A DNA stretch of 64,000 nucleotides, taken from the sequence record ON528725, one strand, 5' to 3'. The notes beneath the pieces were generated by a model. The model was not told the DNA's origin, did no database searches, and saw only the letters and a list, made by a program, of their open reading frames with translations. The stretch is from Shigella phage ESh15. Below, piece by piece: positions 1 through 8,033 of the stretch. The position numbers and the translations under genes are program-made. Every line of letters begins with the position of its first letter. Within the stretch, counting starts at the first letter, position 1.

Positions 1-299
1 TCAGATTCCATGAATTCTTTCACCTTAGTGACGAATGTTTTCCAATTATTAATAGAAAAACATTCGTCTTCAGTTTCGATATTAACCCCACTATAAAGCC
101 CGTGATAAAAACGAACTTGAAGGTCTTCGTCAATGTTAATTACAGATGCATGGCCCGGTGGATTGAGCTTCAAAATCTTGTCCAGTTCCATAGGAAGAAT
201 AGTAACAGCATCATCTTCTTGTGTCAGAACGTAAGCGTAACCACGTTTTTCGATACATAAATCACCAAACAACTCAGTTGTTTCAATTACAGTTTTCAT
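1..299 (-). CDS. hypothetical protein, C-terminal end beyond window start
   Basis: ATG at 297-299 (minus) preceded by GGTGA SD; frame stays open to position 1, so no stop inside the window and it is absent from the ORF track. Confidence 0.4.
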   Translation of the reverse strand, partial: MKTVIETTELFGDLCIEKRGYAYVLTQEDDAVTILPMELDKILKLNPPGHASVINIDEDLQVRFYHGLYSGVNIETEDECFSINNWKTFVTKVKEFMES

Positions 300-300
300 A

Positions 301-480
301 TTATTCACCAATTAAAGTTTCAACAAAATTCACCAAATCATTCAGACAAGCATCAACCTGATTTTCATAAAAGTCTTCGTTATCATTTACCGCATGATAA
401 GCTACATCATTCAAATCTGAATCGGCTTCACGTAAGTTACGGATAAGTTCCATCAGTTTATTAGCTTGTTCACGGGTCAT
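301..480 (-). CDS. hypothetical small acidic protein (59 aa)
   Basis: ATG at 478-480 overlapping the stop of the upstream small ORF (ATGA); below track length cutoff; weak SD. Confidence 0.3.
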   Translation of the reverse strand: MTREQANKLMELIRNLREADSDLNDVAYHAVNDNEDFYENQVDACLNDLVNFVETLIGE

Positions 481-587
481 TTTACCATACTCGTTTCAAT
501 AAGATTCACTATGCCGTTTACCATGTTATAAGTAAACATCGGATAATTGTATTGTACTACAACATAAGCGATAAGCAAAAGTTTCAT
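477..587 (-). CDS. hypothetical hydrophobic peptide (36 aa)
   Basis: ATG at 585-587 with GGAG SD, directly downstream of the early promoter cassette at 616-645. Confidence 0.25.
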   Translation of the reverse strand: MKLLLIAYVVVQYNYPMFTYNMVNGIVNLIETSMVK

Positions 588-615
588 TTTGTTCTCCGTT
601 TGTTTTGATAGGACT

Positions 616-645
616 ACTATAACATAGTCCTACCAAGATGTAAAC
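616..645 (-). promoter_or_regulatory. early promoter cassette (-35 GTTTAC, -10 TATAGT inside inverted repeat)
   Basis: plus-strand gtaaac at 640-645 and actataa at 616-622; 8-bp inverted repeat taggacta/tagtccta flanks the -10. Confidence 0.6.
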
Positions 646-851
646 TACCGATTGTGTTTTAAATGTTGATAAAGTTCTTCAACTTGTTTAGGGTCCAAAA
701 CAATTAAGTCATTTTCTTGGCGAAGATAAATCCATCCCTTATCCCCAGGACCATTTTTACAAAACATCACCACCATATCATCATCTTCAGCGCTTTCAGG
801 TAAAAGTTCAAGTACACCGTCTTCAGATTTTCCAGTATAATCGTAAAGCAT
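645..851 (-). CDS. hypothetical acidic protein (68 aa)
   Basis: ATG at 849-851 with GAGGA SD; track ORF extends to 878 (also ATG but no SD). Confidence 0.45.
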   Translation of the reverse strand: MLYDYTGKSEDGVLELLPESAEDDDMVVMFCKNGPGDKGWIYLRQENDLIVLDPKQVEELYQHLKHNR

Positions 852-858
852 AATGTCC

Positions 859-1038
859 TCACATAATCTCGTTAACATACATTTGCAATTCGGTGTGGGC
901 GTCGGCCATCTTTTTCATAGCTCTGTTAATGTCGATGTCTCCATCTTCGCAACCATGAGCATTTTCCCAATCGGATACAGAATTAGCATACTCTTCAATC
1001 AAAAACATCAACTTAGAAATCTTTTCTTTACGTGTCAT
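859..1038 (-). CDS. hypothetical protein (59 aa), rI.-1 position
   Basis: ATG at 1036-1038 with GAGGAG SD; the longer track ORF starts at a non-SD codon. Confidence 0.45.
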   Translation of the reverse strand: MTRKEKISKLMFLIEEYANSVSDWENAHGCEDGDIDINRAMKKMADAHTELQMYVNEIM

Positions 1039-1065
1039 AACGTTCTCCTCTAGTAAGTAAAGACT

Positions 1066-1094
1066 ACTATAACACAACCTGAGGAGAAGTAAAC
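1066..1094 (-). promoter_or_regulatory. early promoter cassette
   Basis: gtaaac at 1089-1094, -10 from plus actata 1066-1071; inverted repeat ttctcctc/gaggagaa pairs the SD region with the spacer. Confidence 0.6.
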
Positions 1095-1105
1095 TGATAG
1101 ATGCC

Positions 1106-1133
1106 AAAAAGCCCCAACCATAAGGAAGGGGCT
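1106..1133 (-). terminator. rho-independent terminator downstream of rI
   Basis: minus-strand hairpin agcccc-12nt-ggggcu followed by UUUUU (plus A-run 1106-1110). Confidence 0.6.
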
Positions 1134-1139
1134 AGTAAA

Positions 1140-1442
1140 TTAGATAGATGTAGGCTCTAATTTTATTTTCATGAACTCAGCAAATTGTCTGGCAGTTTTT
1201 ATGCCTTGTTCATGACATTCAAATGCATCATCACAGGGGCTATTTTTGTAATGCTTTGCCATATACTTATAGAATTTTTCAGAATTCTCGACATTTTGAA
1301 TTTCAAACAAAGTATATACGTTTTTAATCCCTGATTCCATAAAGTTATCAAAATATGGGTCAATATGTGCAGTACCAACGATAGGAGTTGTTGCTGCAAA
1401 AAACCCCAGCATCGCTATGACAGCTATCGCTCTTAAGGCCAT
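1140..1442 (-). CDS. rI: lysis inhibition regulator rI (membrane-anchored periplasmic protein)
   Basis: 100 aa, N-terminal transmembrane segment, resemblance to T4 rI as recalled (MAL..., DPxFDxFMESGI), position next to tk. Confidence 0.7.
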   Translation of the reverse strand: MALRAIAVIAMLGFFAATTPIVGTAHIDPYFDNFMESGIKNVYTLFEIQNVENSEKFYKYMAKHYKNSPCDDAFECHEQGIKTARQFAEFMKIKLEPTSI

Positions 1443-1454
1443 ATAGGCCTCCTG

Positions 1455-1667
1455 TTAATTTTGGCCAGTATTTATTTTTCGCCTTTGGACGGCCTTAACA
1501 TCTGCGAGGTATTTTTCCAGCTTGCGCTTGCGTGTATAATCAGCTTTAGAACCAGTTTGACGGATATCCTCGTTTAAATGAGAAATAGAATGTCCTAATT
1601 CTCTTCGGATTTCATCCAATTGGGTTACAGTAAGATTACGAAGTTGTCTTTCGTTTAATTGCTGCAT
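1455..1667 (-). CDS. hypothetical basic protein (70 aa), rI.1 position
   Basis: ATG at 1665-1667 with AGAGG SD; between tk and rI. Confidence 0.5.
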   Translation of the reverse strand: MQQLNERQLRNLTVTQLDEIRRELGHSISHLNEDIRQTGSKADYTRKRKLEKYLADVKAVQRRKINTGQN

Positions 1668-1694
1668 ATATACCTCTTGGTTAGATATTAGTAT

Positions 1695-2276
1695 TTATAA
1701 CAACCCTGTCAAATCATTCCAATGCTTCCGGCATAATGACACGTATCTATCGGTATCACCAATTTCAATTTGACTGCCATCTGTAATTGGAAGTCCGTCT
1801 TCCGTGACTCTAGCTACCATTGTGGCCTTTTTACCACAATGACAGACACCTTTAAGTTCAACAAGCTTATCGGCAATAGCCATTAATGCTTGAGAACCTT
1901 CAAATAGATTACCTTTAAAATCTGTTCGTAGTCCATATGCCATTACTGGCACATTGTATACGTCAACAATACGACTAAGTTGATACACCTTTTCAGTAGT
2001 TAAGAACTGAGCTTCGTCAACAAATACACAGTGAATATCCTTTTGTGCCGCAGCCCATTTATAGAATTCAAAGACATCCATATCTTCGGTAATTATATTG
2101 GCATCCTGACGAATACCAATACGAGAGACTATTTCACCTTTTGAATCACGAGTATCAATAGCCGGTTTAAGAACTAATACACCCATGCCACGTTCTTTAT
2201 AGTTATGTGCGGCAGTAAGTAATGAAGCAGACTTACCAGCGTTCATAGCGGCATAGGTAAAAATTAAACTAGCCAT
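1695..2276 (-). CDS. tk: thymidine kinase
   Basis: 193 aa, P-loop AMNAGKS, zinc-ribbon CHCGKKA...CRKH; T4 Tk length. Confidence 0.9.
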   Translation of the reverse strand: MASLIFTYAAMNAGKSASLLTAAHNYKERGMGVLVLKPAIDTRDSKGEIVSRIGIRQDANIITEDMDVFEFYKWAAAQKDIHCVFVDEAQFLTTEKVYQLSRIVDVYNVPVMAYGLRTDFKGNLFEGSQALMAIADKLVELKGVCHCGKKATMVARVTEDGLPITDGSQIEIGDTDRYVSLCRKHWNDLTGLL

Positions 2277-2285
2277 AAGAGTCCC

Positions 2286-2468
2286 TTATAGTGAATTCAC
2301 ATAGTCAATGAGTTCTTGTTCTTTCCTGTCAAATGATTCCAACAATGCTTGATATTCTTCATCTGTTAAAGGAGCATATTCATCGTACGCATTGGTGGCT
2401 GCTTGCTCATCCAATAGGTCATGGATAAGTTCGAACAGTTTAGCTTTTTCTTCTTTAGTCAATTTCAT
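2286..2468 (-). CDS. hypothetical acidic protein (60 aa)
   Basis: ATG at 2466-2468; tk.1 position. Confidence 0.45.
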   Translation of the reverse strand: MKLTKEEKAKLFELIHDLLDEQAATNAYDEYAPLTDEEYQALLESFDRKEQELIDYVNSL

Positions 2469-2959
2469 TTAGGTTCCCAATCAACAATCACAATTTCTAG
2501 TTTAGTGGAATACGTATCTAAAATCTCTTCGATGACATCCCAGTTTCCACCACCAATACCTGCACCAATTCTTGGCATATAAATTACAGGCTTTGTTATC
2601 TTATTCTTTCCGAATTTATTTAATTCTATTATACAATTCATTAAAGCAGAGTACTCAAAATTAGGTCCCGGCTCAAACTGTGTATAAAGATTAAAGCAAT
2701 AAGCTTTATGGGTCTTAAAATATTTTTCATAAACCGAATAAGACCCGAGTTTAGACTCGTCTCCGAATTCGGTTTGAAGTTTATCGGCTTCCAGAATTTT
2801 TGGATAAGCCTTTGCTAATTGACCTGCTACACCAGCGCCCATTGTATGAAAACAATTACACCCATGAGCAATATTATTACCTTTAGAAAACAGGGCGACA
2901 ATATCGCCCTTGATATAGTTTTTAATCACTTGCTGCAAGTCCTCTAGTATAAGAGTCAA
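2465..2959 (-). CDS. macrodomain-like protein (putative ADP-ribose binding or hydrolase)
   Basis: motifs N-x-x-x-MGAGVAGQL and P-R-IGAGIGGG match the two glycine-rich loops of macro domains; first codon is TTG at 2957-2959 (GGTGGA SD), alternative GTG at 2927-2929. Confidence 0.55.
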   Translation of the reverse strand: MTLILEDLQQVIKNYIKGDIVALFSKGNNIAHGCNCFHTMGAGVAGQLAKAYPKILEADKLQTEFGDESKLGSYSVYEKYFKTHKAYCFNLYTQFEPGPNFEYSALMNCIIELNKFGKNKITKPVIYMPRIGAGIGGGNWDVIEEILDTYSTKLEIVIVDWEPK

Positions 2960-3269
2960 CTAGACGGTCCACCATAGAATTGCATGCTGCCTTATCTTTA
3001 GGTTCCGCCACCGAGCATTCTAATATTTGCCATTTTTTATAGTATCTTTTAATTAAGGTAGACGCCTTGAACCTACTAGACGCCCCATCTTTTTCTCCGT
3101 CTTTATATGCGTATAACAATTTTTGTGAAAAATCTACTTTACACTCTTGACTTTTACCACAATAATCAGACGCCGTTCTGTTTGTATACTCCGTTACATC
3201 AGTATATGTAGTATTAGCAAGAGCGTTAAATGAAACCAAGCCAACTATTAAAGCTAACATTTTGGTCAT
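2922..3269 (-). CDS. small secreted/periplasmic protein with signal peptide (vs position)
   Basis: 115 aa, N-terminal MTKMLALIVGLVSFNALA signal peptide, ATG at 3267-3269. Confidence 0.5.
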   Translation of the reverse strand: MTKMLALIVGLVSFNALANTTYTDVTEYTNRTASDYCGKSQECKVDFSQKLLYAYKDGEKDGASSRFKASTLIKRYYKKWQILECSVAEPKDKAACNSMVDRLVDSYTRGLAASD

Positions 3270-3808
3270 TCTTTTATTTCCAGTAGTTTATTTGATTTAA
3301 GGTAATTAGCCTTTTCTAGGACTTCAGAAGCATATTTACTTCCAGCACTTGTCTTCCATCCCGCATTATATGAGGATATGGCTTTCCTTATATCCCCGTT
3401 ATGTATATTTAACCAATAAGAAAATTCGATATAAGCCCATCTTGCTGAATTAGACCGCTTAGATAGCATTTTCTTAATTTGGGCATCAGTCATATTATAA
3501 CCAAGCTGGTTAATTCTTGCCCTCATTGTTGGTAGATAGTTTTGGAACATTCCATACGCATGGTGACCTTTCTTATCTTTAAGATTAATACCGGCGGATG
3601 ATTCTTGCCATAGTATTGCGGCCATTATGTATCCAAGTCCTTTCTTATGCATATTTTCATGCGTTTTAAATTTTCCGTCCTTAGAAAACTGTTCCCCAAA
3701 CTGATAAGCATAATTCAAGTTATCGAGTTGGACATTACTAAAAGTATGCTCGGAGCTATGTGCTGATAACGAAAGAGCAAATAGACCAGCGAGTAGTGCT
3801 TTTCTCAT
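3266..3808 (-). CDS. periplasmic lytic-transglycosylase-like (SLT domain) protein
   Basis: 180 aa, signal peptide, catalytic-type E-S-S motif (ILWQESSAG) and AYNAG-like SYNAGW motif; GAGGT SD. Confidence 0.6.
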   Translation of the reverse strand: MRKALLAGLFALSLSAHSSEHTFSNVQLDNLNYAYQFGEQFSKDGKFKTHENMHKKGLGYIMAAILWQESSAGINLKDKKGHHAYGMFQNYLPTMRARINQLGYNMTDAQIKKMLSKRSNSARWAYIEFSYWLNIHNGDIRKAISSYNAGWKTSAGSKYASEVLEKANYLKSNKLLEIKE

Positions 3809-3816
3809 GTTTACCT

Positions 3817-4275
3817 CTAGATTTTAATCACTGCTTTAGAAGCTTTTCCTGGTAGTCGTTTACTGTTAATAATAGCCATTCTGCATTGAAGAGTCTTCAT
3901 TTTGAATGCCGGATTTTCGCGACAAACTGTAAGTCCTAACCAAAGATTTCCATCAGTTATTTCTAAACGGCCTGGGCGATATTCGACACCTTCGACAAAA
4001 TCTTCATCAACATCTGGACGTGCCGGCATTGATAAAAATTCTGCAACTTCTTTAACATGATTTTTTACTTTATGAAATAATTCAAAAACGTAATTCTCAT
4101 CTATTTCTCTCTGGATGGCACGATCTAAGAGATGTTGAGAATACTTGATATGAAAGCCTGGTAGTCCAAGAGACTTTGCAGCATCTTTTATACCGGCATT
4201 TATTTTGCGGAACTCCGTTTCAAAGATTCGACGGAGTTTATTACGACGGATAAAAACTTCCGAATTGATAGTCAT
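3817..4275 (-). CDS. regB: RegB site-specific endoribonuclease
   Basis: 152 aa; N-terminus MTIN(S/T)EVFIRRNKLRR and C-terminus CRMAIINS(K/R)RLPGKASKAVIK match T4 RegB as recalled. Confidence 0.85.
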   Translation of the reverse strand: MTINSEVFIRRNKLRRIFETEFRKINAGIKDAAKSLGLPGFHIKYSQHLLDRAIQREIDENYVFELFHKVKNHVKEVAEFLSMPARPDVDEDFVEGVEYRPGRLEITDGNLWLGLTVCRENPAFKMKTLQCRMAIINSKRLPGKASKAVIKI

Positions 4276-4300
4276 TTTGATTTCTCCTCTAGTTGACAGG

Positions 4301-4332
4301 TCTATAGTAACACAACTAGAGGAGAAGTAAAC
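4301..4332 (-). promoter_or_regulatory. early promoter cassette upstream of regB
   Basis: gtaaac 4327-4332; -10 TACTAT from plus tctatagta 4301-4309; 12-bp inverted repeat including the SD. Confidence 0.6.
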
Positions 4333-4336
4333 TACT

Positions 4337-4546
4337 TTATTCTTGGAACGGTGTGAGTTTTCCAGCTATCGAACAAATTTCTACCATCGCAGGATAAAAC
4401 TCTTTCACTTGTTCAAGGCGCTGGACAGCGTACCGCATTTCGCCTTCTTCAAGACAAGCCGCCTGGTCATCGAGCAAATATTTGTGGTAACCTGTACAGG
4501 CTTCGCTAATGATACGTTGGAATTCTTGCAAACTTTCAATTTTCAC
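4337..4546 (-). CDS. hypothetical protein (69 aa), probable GTG start
   Basis: first codon GTG (plus cac 4544-4546) with GAGGA SD, overlapping upstream stop by 1 nt. Confidence 0.4.
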   Translation of the reverse strand: MKIESLQEFQRIISEACTGYHKYLLDDQAACLEEGEMRYAVQRLEQVKEFYPAMVEICSIAGKLTPFQE

Positions 4547-4812
4547 TAGTATTTTTCCTCGGGTCTAAATACTGCACGACAGGCCCACATGCTGGCTTCT
4601 TTTAGATGTTGCTTAGCGTACTTAAGAGCCTGCACTGCATCCATATCTTCTTTGGTTTGTTGCTCTGTTTCATTTTCTTTCAAGATATATGCTTCTTCAA
4701 TCAGAGCATCAAACATCAATCCAAGACGGACTTCAGCATCTTTAATAGCGTTCACTTTACTAATTTTATCATCGGTATGCGGCTTGTAGCCTTTGATGTC
4801 TTCAATTGACAT
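4546..4812 (-). CDS. hypothetical small helical protein (88 aa), vs.4-like position
   Basis: ATG at 4810-4812 with GAGGA SD; track ORF extends further at a non-SD codon. Confidence 0.45.
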   Translation of the reverse strand: MSIEDIKGYKPHTDDKISKVNAIKDAEVRLGLMFDALIEEAYILKENETEQQTKEDMDAVQALKYAKQHLKEASMWACRAVFRPEEKY

Positions 4813-5026
4813 AAGGAATTTCCTCATCGGTGGCAAGGTCATATTCGACCAATTGGATAGGCTCATTAATACCATATCCACGTACAGTGATATCAGTTGT
4901 CGGATAGTTTCCAGTAATATCACCCATTCTAAATGCTTCAATGAATGATTGCTCGCCTGAGCAACTAAACCAGGCGGCAAAACATTTTAAAACATCTTCA
5001 GACCCTTCTATAATCAATTTAGCCAT
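4802..5026 (-). CDS. hypothetical acidic protein (74 aa)
   Basis: ATG at 5024-5026 overlapping the upstream stop (TAATG). Confidence 0.45.
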   Translation of the reverse strand: MAKLIIEGSEDVLKCFAAWFSCSGEQSFIEAFRMGDITGNYPTTDITVRGYGINEPIQLVEYDLATDEEIPYVN

Positions 5027-5388
5027 TATAGACTCTCAGTAAAGGTACGAGCGATAACGTCGCGCTGCTGTTCCGGAGTCAGAGAGTTAAAGCGAACTGC
5101 ATAACCGGATACACGGATGGTCAGTTGCGGATATTTTTCCGGATGCTTAACTGCATCTTCCAGAGTTTCGCGACGCAGAACGTTAACGTTCAGGTGTTGA
5201 CCACCTTCAATTTTAACTTTAGGTTGATGTTCAATTTCAATTTCACGGGCATTCAAACCGTAGAAAATTTCCGGGTCTACAATAGCGTCTTCTTTAAAAG
5301 TCTTAGAGACAATAATCCGGGCTTGAGTACCGTCTTCAAAATAAATAGTGCCTTTGTGTGTGCCTTCAAGAATTTGATATGCTTTCAT
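5026..5388 (-). CDS. autonomous glycyl radical cofactor, GrcA/YfiD-like (T4 Y06I-like)
   Basis: 120 aa; C-terminal glycyl-radical motif RVSGYAVRF; C-terminal ~65 aa look the same as E. coli GrcA as recalled. Confidence 0.8.
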   Translation of the reverse strand: MKAYQILEGTHKGTIYFEDGTQARIIVSKTFKEDAIVDPEIFYGLNAREIEIEHQPKVKIEGGQHLNVNVLRRETLEDAVKHPEKYPQLTIRVSGYAVRFNSLTPEQQRDVIARTFTESL

Positions 5389-5394
5389 ATAACC

Positions 5395-5703
5395 TCAATT
5401 AGAAAATAAATTTATCCAAGTTTTTTCTTTAATCAAAAATGGGTCGGAATTAAACGCCATTAAACTTTGAGTGGTTAATCCCTTAAATGGCCCATCAATA
5501 AATTCCATTTTGAAATGCGGAATACTAGTCATCAACCGTGCATTAGGAGCAGTACAAAGAACCTGCTGCCCTGCGAACGGACCTTTAGTCAAACGATATC
5601 GTTTAGGTTTAAAATGGTAAATCTCGTAATTTTCTACAAGAGCCCTTTTATTGCATACTGGGCTGTTATAACAATACTCAAAAACTTCAATAGTGGTCAT
5701 CAT
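5395..5703 (-). CDS. hypothetical protein (102 aa)
   Basis: ATG ATG at 5698-5703; overlaps upstream stop. Confidence 0.5.
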   Translation of the reverse strand: MMTTIEVFEYCYNSPVCNKRALVENYEIYHFKPKRYRLTKGPFAGQQVLCTAPNARLMTSIPHFKMEFIDGPFKGLTTQSLMAFNSDPFLIKEKTWINLFSN

Positions 5704-6239
5704 TGCATTCCAATCACAAAAAATTGAGGACGAGCATTACCGCCTATGCAATATTTGCTTTTGCAACAGTGTTGGACTGTTTTAATATGTACATTGTAAA
5801 TCTTATCCATATCAGGAGCTTTAATAGGCTCGTCAATTATATACAGAATACGAGAAAGCGTTAATCCACGGAATTTAGAACCTTCATTGCCAATAAAACT
5901 ACGAACAGAATCAGTAAATAAACGGAATCGAATATCGTCGCTAGAATAACGAGAAAATTCTTTTTTAATGTTGCCAACAGAAATTTTAGCATAAGCTGAA
6001 GTATTAGAAAGAACAATAACTGTTCCACCATCATACAGCCAATTAACAGCGAAATTAGTTACTGCGGTCGATTTACCTGATTGTCTGCCGCCGTCTAAAC
6101 GAAGTGTACAGTACTGCTTGAGTACGTCTTCAAATGGTGGGACATAACCGTTCTTACAAATTTCTTCTACTCTAGCATCAGAATGGTGTGTAAAAGCATT
6201 CATCAGGGATAGATAAGGTCCAGTTAAAAATGTTCTCAT
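5700..6239 (-). CDS. P-loop NTPase (Walker A/B) of unknown function
   Basis: 179 aa; Walker A GGRQSGKST, Walker B-like ILYIIDEP; ATG at 6237-6239. Confidence 0.6.
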   Translation of the reverse strand: MRTFLTGPYLSLMNAFTHHSDARVEEICKNGYVPPFEDVLKQYCTLRLDGGRQSGKSTAVTNFAVNWLYDGGTVIVLSNTSAYAKISVGNIKKEFSRYSSDDIRFRLFTDSVRSFIGNEGSKFRGLTLSRILYIIDEPIKAPDMDKIYNVHIKTVQHCCKSKYCIGGNARPQFFVIGMQ

Positions 6240-6412
6240 TTAGTTTCTCTTAAGGTTGGGGCCATTCCGTGGCACATGTTAGGTCCTTCGACTCGCTATG
6301 TAAACCCATTACCGCACTTGGGCTCGACCTTATTACAGGTTGGAAAAGGTACATCACTCAGAGGACTCGACGTTCGTGAGGAGAGGTTGCGTTTCCCTTT
6401 ATTAGGCAAGAA

Positions 6413-6742
6413 TTATACTCTAGGCTTTTGAGCTTGTTTGGTATTGGATTCCCACGCTGCTTTAGTAATTTTGTTAGCGGCATAGCCAAAGGCATTAGAT
6501 AGAACACCTTTAGAGTTGAATACATCCAATCCAATAAGTACACCGGCTGCGTTAAATTTAGGAGCAAAGTATGCATTAGTTTTAGAAAGAGCTTTTTTCA
6601 ATTCAGGGTCTTGAACCAAGCCATCAAAAACGCCTTTACCATTTACTTTATATGTTACTTTAGGATTTTTACCTTCTTCGATAGCAGCTTTCTGTTCCGC
6701 AGATAATGTAACTTCAGTGATAAATTCTTGATACGTTTTCAT
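6413..6742 (-). CDS. internal-protein (IP) candidate with capsid-targeting sequence
   Basis: 109 aa; N-terminus MKTYQEFITE matches the T4 IP capsid-targeting sequence; basic. Confidence 0.65.
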   Translation of the reverse strand: MKTYQEFITEVTLSAEQKAAIEEGKNPKVTYKVNGKGVFDGLVQDPELKKALSKTNAYFAPKFNAAGVLIGLDVFNSKGVLSNAFGYAANKITKAAWESNTKQAQKPRV

Positions 6743-6783
6743 ATGTTTCCTTTAAATGTAAATAGGCCTAAGTATAGGCCTTA

Positions 6784-7362
6784 TTAATTACCACGGGCCG
6801 CATTAGCGACGGCGTAAGCGTACTGAACATTAGCGTCTTTAAACGTACCTTTAGATGTATCTATTTCTGCCTTAAAGCCACCTTTAGCCATAACATCGGC
6901 AAATTCTTTACGGAAAGCCATTGCATCAAGACCTTTCCATGATGATTTATGCTTGGCAAATTCAAGACCAGCGTAGTTGACAGCTTTAGCTAATTTATTA
7001 TCAATAACCCATTTACCGGCTTTAGGCACAAACTTCGGGCCTTTTTGTTTAGAGAACAGTTTTAAATTCCAGCGACGAAGGTCACTGTCGGCTTTAACAA
7101 AAGCTGCGTCTAAGTTACTAGCAACAACATCTTCAATATGAGCAAATTTAAGTCCGTCAACTTCAATATTTAGATCGTTACGCCAGCGTAGTCCTTCCCA
7201 AGCGAAGGCTTTAAAATCAGAAGCCTTTGTAGCTAAGTACCGTTCAATAGGAGCTGTTTTAGGGTCAAAGCCGTTTCCGCCACGATAATTCCACTCGTCC
7301 TTATTAATGCCTTGAGCTTTTCCTGCAAAGGCCTCGGCGATAAATTCTTTATATGTTTTCAT
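6784..7362 (-). CDS. internal-protein (IP) candidate with capsid-targeting sequence (IPIII-sized)
   Basis: 192 aa; N-terminus MKTYKEFIAE. Confidence 0.65.
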   Translation of the reverse strand: MKTYKEFIAEAFAGKAQGINKDEWNYRGGNGFDPKTAPIERYLATKASDFKAFAWEGLRWRNDLNIEVDGLKFAHIEDVVASNLDAAFVKADSDLRRWNLKLFSKQKGPKFVPKAGKWVIDNKLAKAVNYAGLEFAKHKSSWKGLDAMAFRKEFADVMAKGGFKAEIDTSKGTFKDANVQYAYAVANAARGN

Positions 7363-7388
7363 TTTTGTTCCTATTCTTTTAATTTATG

Positions 7389-7703
7389 TTATTCTTTAGG
7401 GAAGTTTTTAGAGTATGCGTCATAAAGTTTATTACCGATGCGACGGAAGACTTTAGCTGCAAAACGGTTTTCAGGGTTTTTAATCATGATTTGCATCATG
7501 TAAGTTCCTGCATCCGAAAGAGCTTCTTCATAGTACCCGTTAATTTCTTTAAGAGTCCTACGTTTACCACCAGGACCATCAACAGTAATTTTCCATTTAC
7601 CTGTAGAAGTGCGGCTCGGTGGCTCAACTTGTTCAATCCAAATATAACCACCTTCAACGCGTTGGTTGGCGGATTCTGCAATAAATTCTTTATACGTTTT
7701 CAT
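7389..7703 (-). CDS. internal-protein (IP) candidate with capsid-targeting sequence
   Basis: 104 aa; N-terminus MKTYKEFIAE; early promoter cassette immediately upstream. Confidence 0.65.
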   Translation of the reverse strand: MKTYKEFIAESANQRVEGGYIWIEQVEPPSRTSTGKWKITVDGPGGKRRTLKEINGYYEEALSDAGTYMMQIMIKNPENRFAAKVFRRIGNKLYDAYSKNFPKE

Positions 7704-7733
7704 TTTTGTTTCCTTGTTTGTTTTGATAGAGTA

Positions 7734-7763
7734 ATTATACCATATTAATACTTAAGCGTAAAC
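7734..7763 (-). promoter_or_regulatory. early promoter (-35 GTTTAC, -10 TATAAT)
   Basis: gtaaac 7758-7763; plus attata 7734-7739 gives minus TATAAT. Confidence 0.55.
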
Positions 7764-7766
7764 AAT

Positions 7767-8027
7767 TTAAGCTTTACCGCCAGAAATAATTCCGAAGTTG
7801 TTAAAATCGTATCCAATATCGTCAACATCTACTTTAGGACTTGCTACAACATAAGCAATTTCACTACGTTTTGCATAGGTGTTGATTTCTTTACCATCGC
7901 CACCTAAGAAAGAATACCCATTACGTTTTAATGAGCCAAAGTCTTCCTCATCACCAATGAAAGCTTTAACTTTAAATTTTGGGTCTTTGGCATCTGCTTC
8001 AGTGATAAATTCTTGATACATTTTCAT
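7767..8027 (-). CDS. internal-protein (IP) candidate with capsid-targeting sequence
   Basis: 86 aa; N-terminus MKMYQEFITE; AAGGA SD. Confidence 0.6.
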   Translation of the reverse strand: MKMYQEFITEADAKDPKFKVKAFIGDEEDFGSLKRNGYSFLGGDGKEINTYAKRSEIAYVVASPKVDVDDIGYDFNNFGIISGGKA

Positions 8028-8033
8028 TTTTCC

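Noticed and set aside
7386-7748. Plus-strand ORFs in the early region (for example 7386-7748, 4343-4549, 10710-11057, 14673-15203, 16559-16921, 21861-22163)
   Set aside because: They lie antisense to minus-strand genes that have SDs, promoters and recognisable products; they lack SDs and have low-complexity composition, so they are taken as frame shadows.
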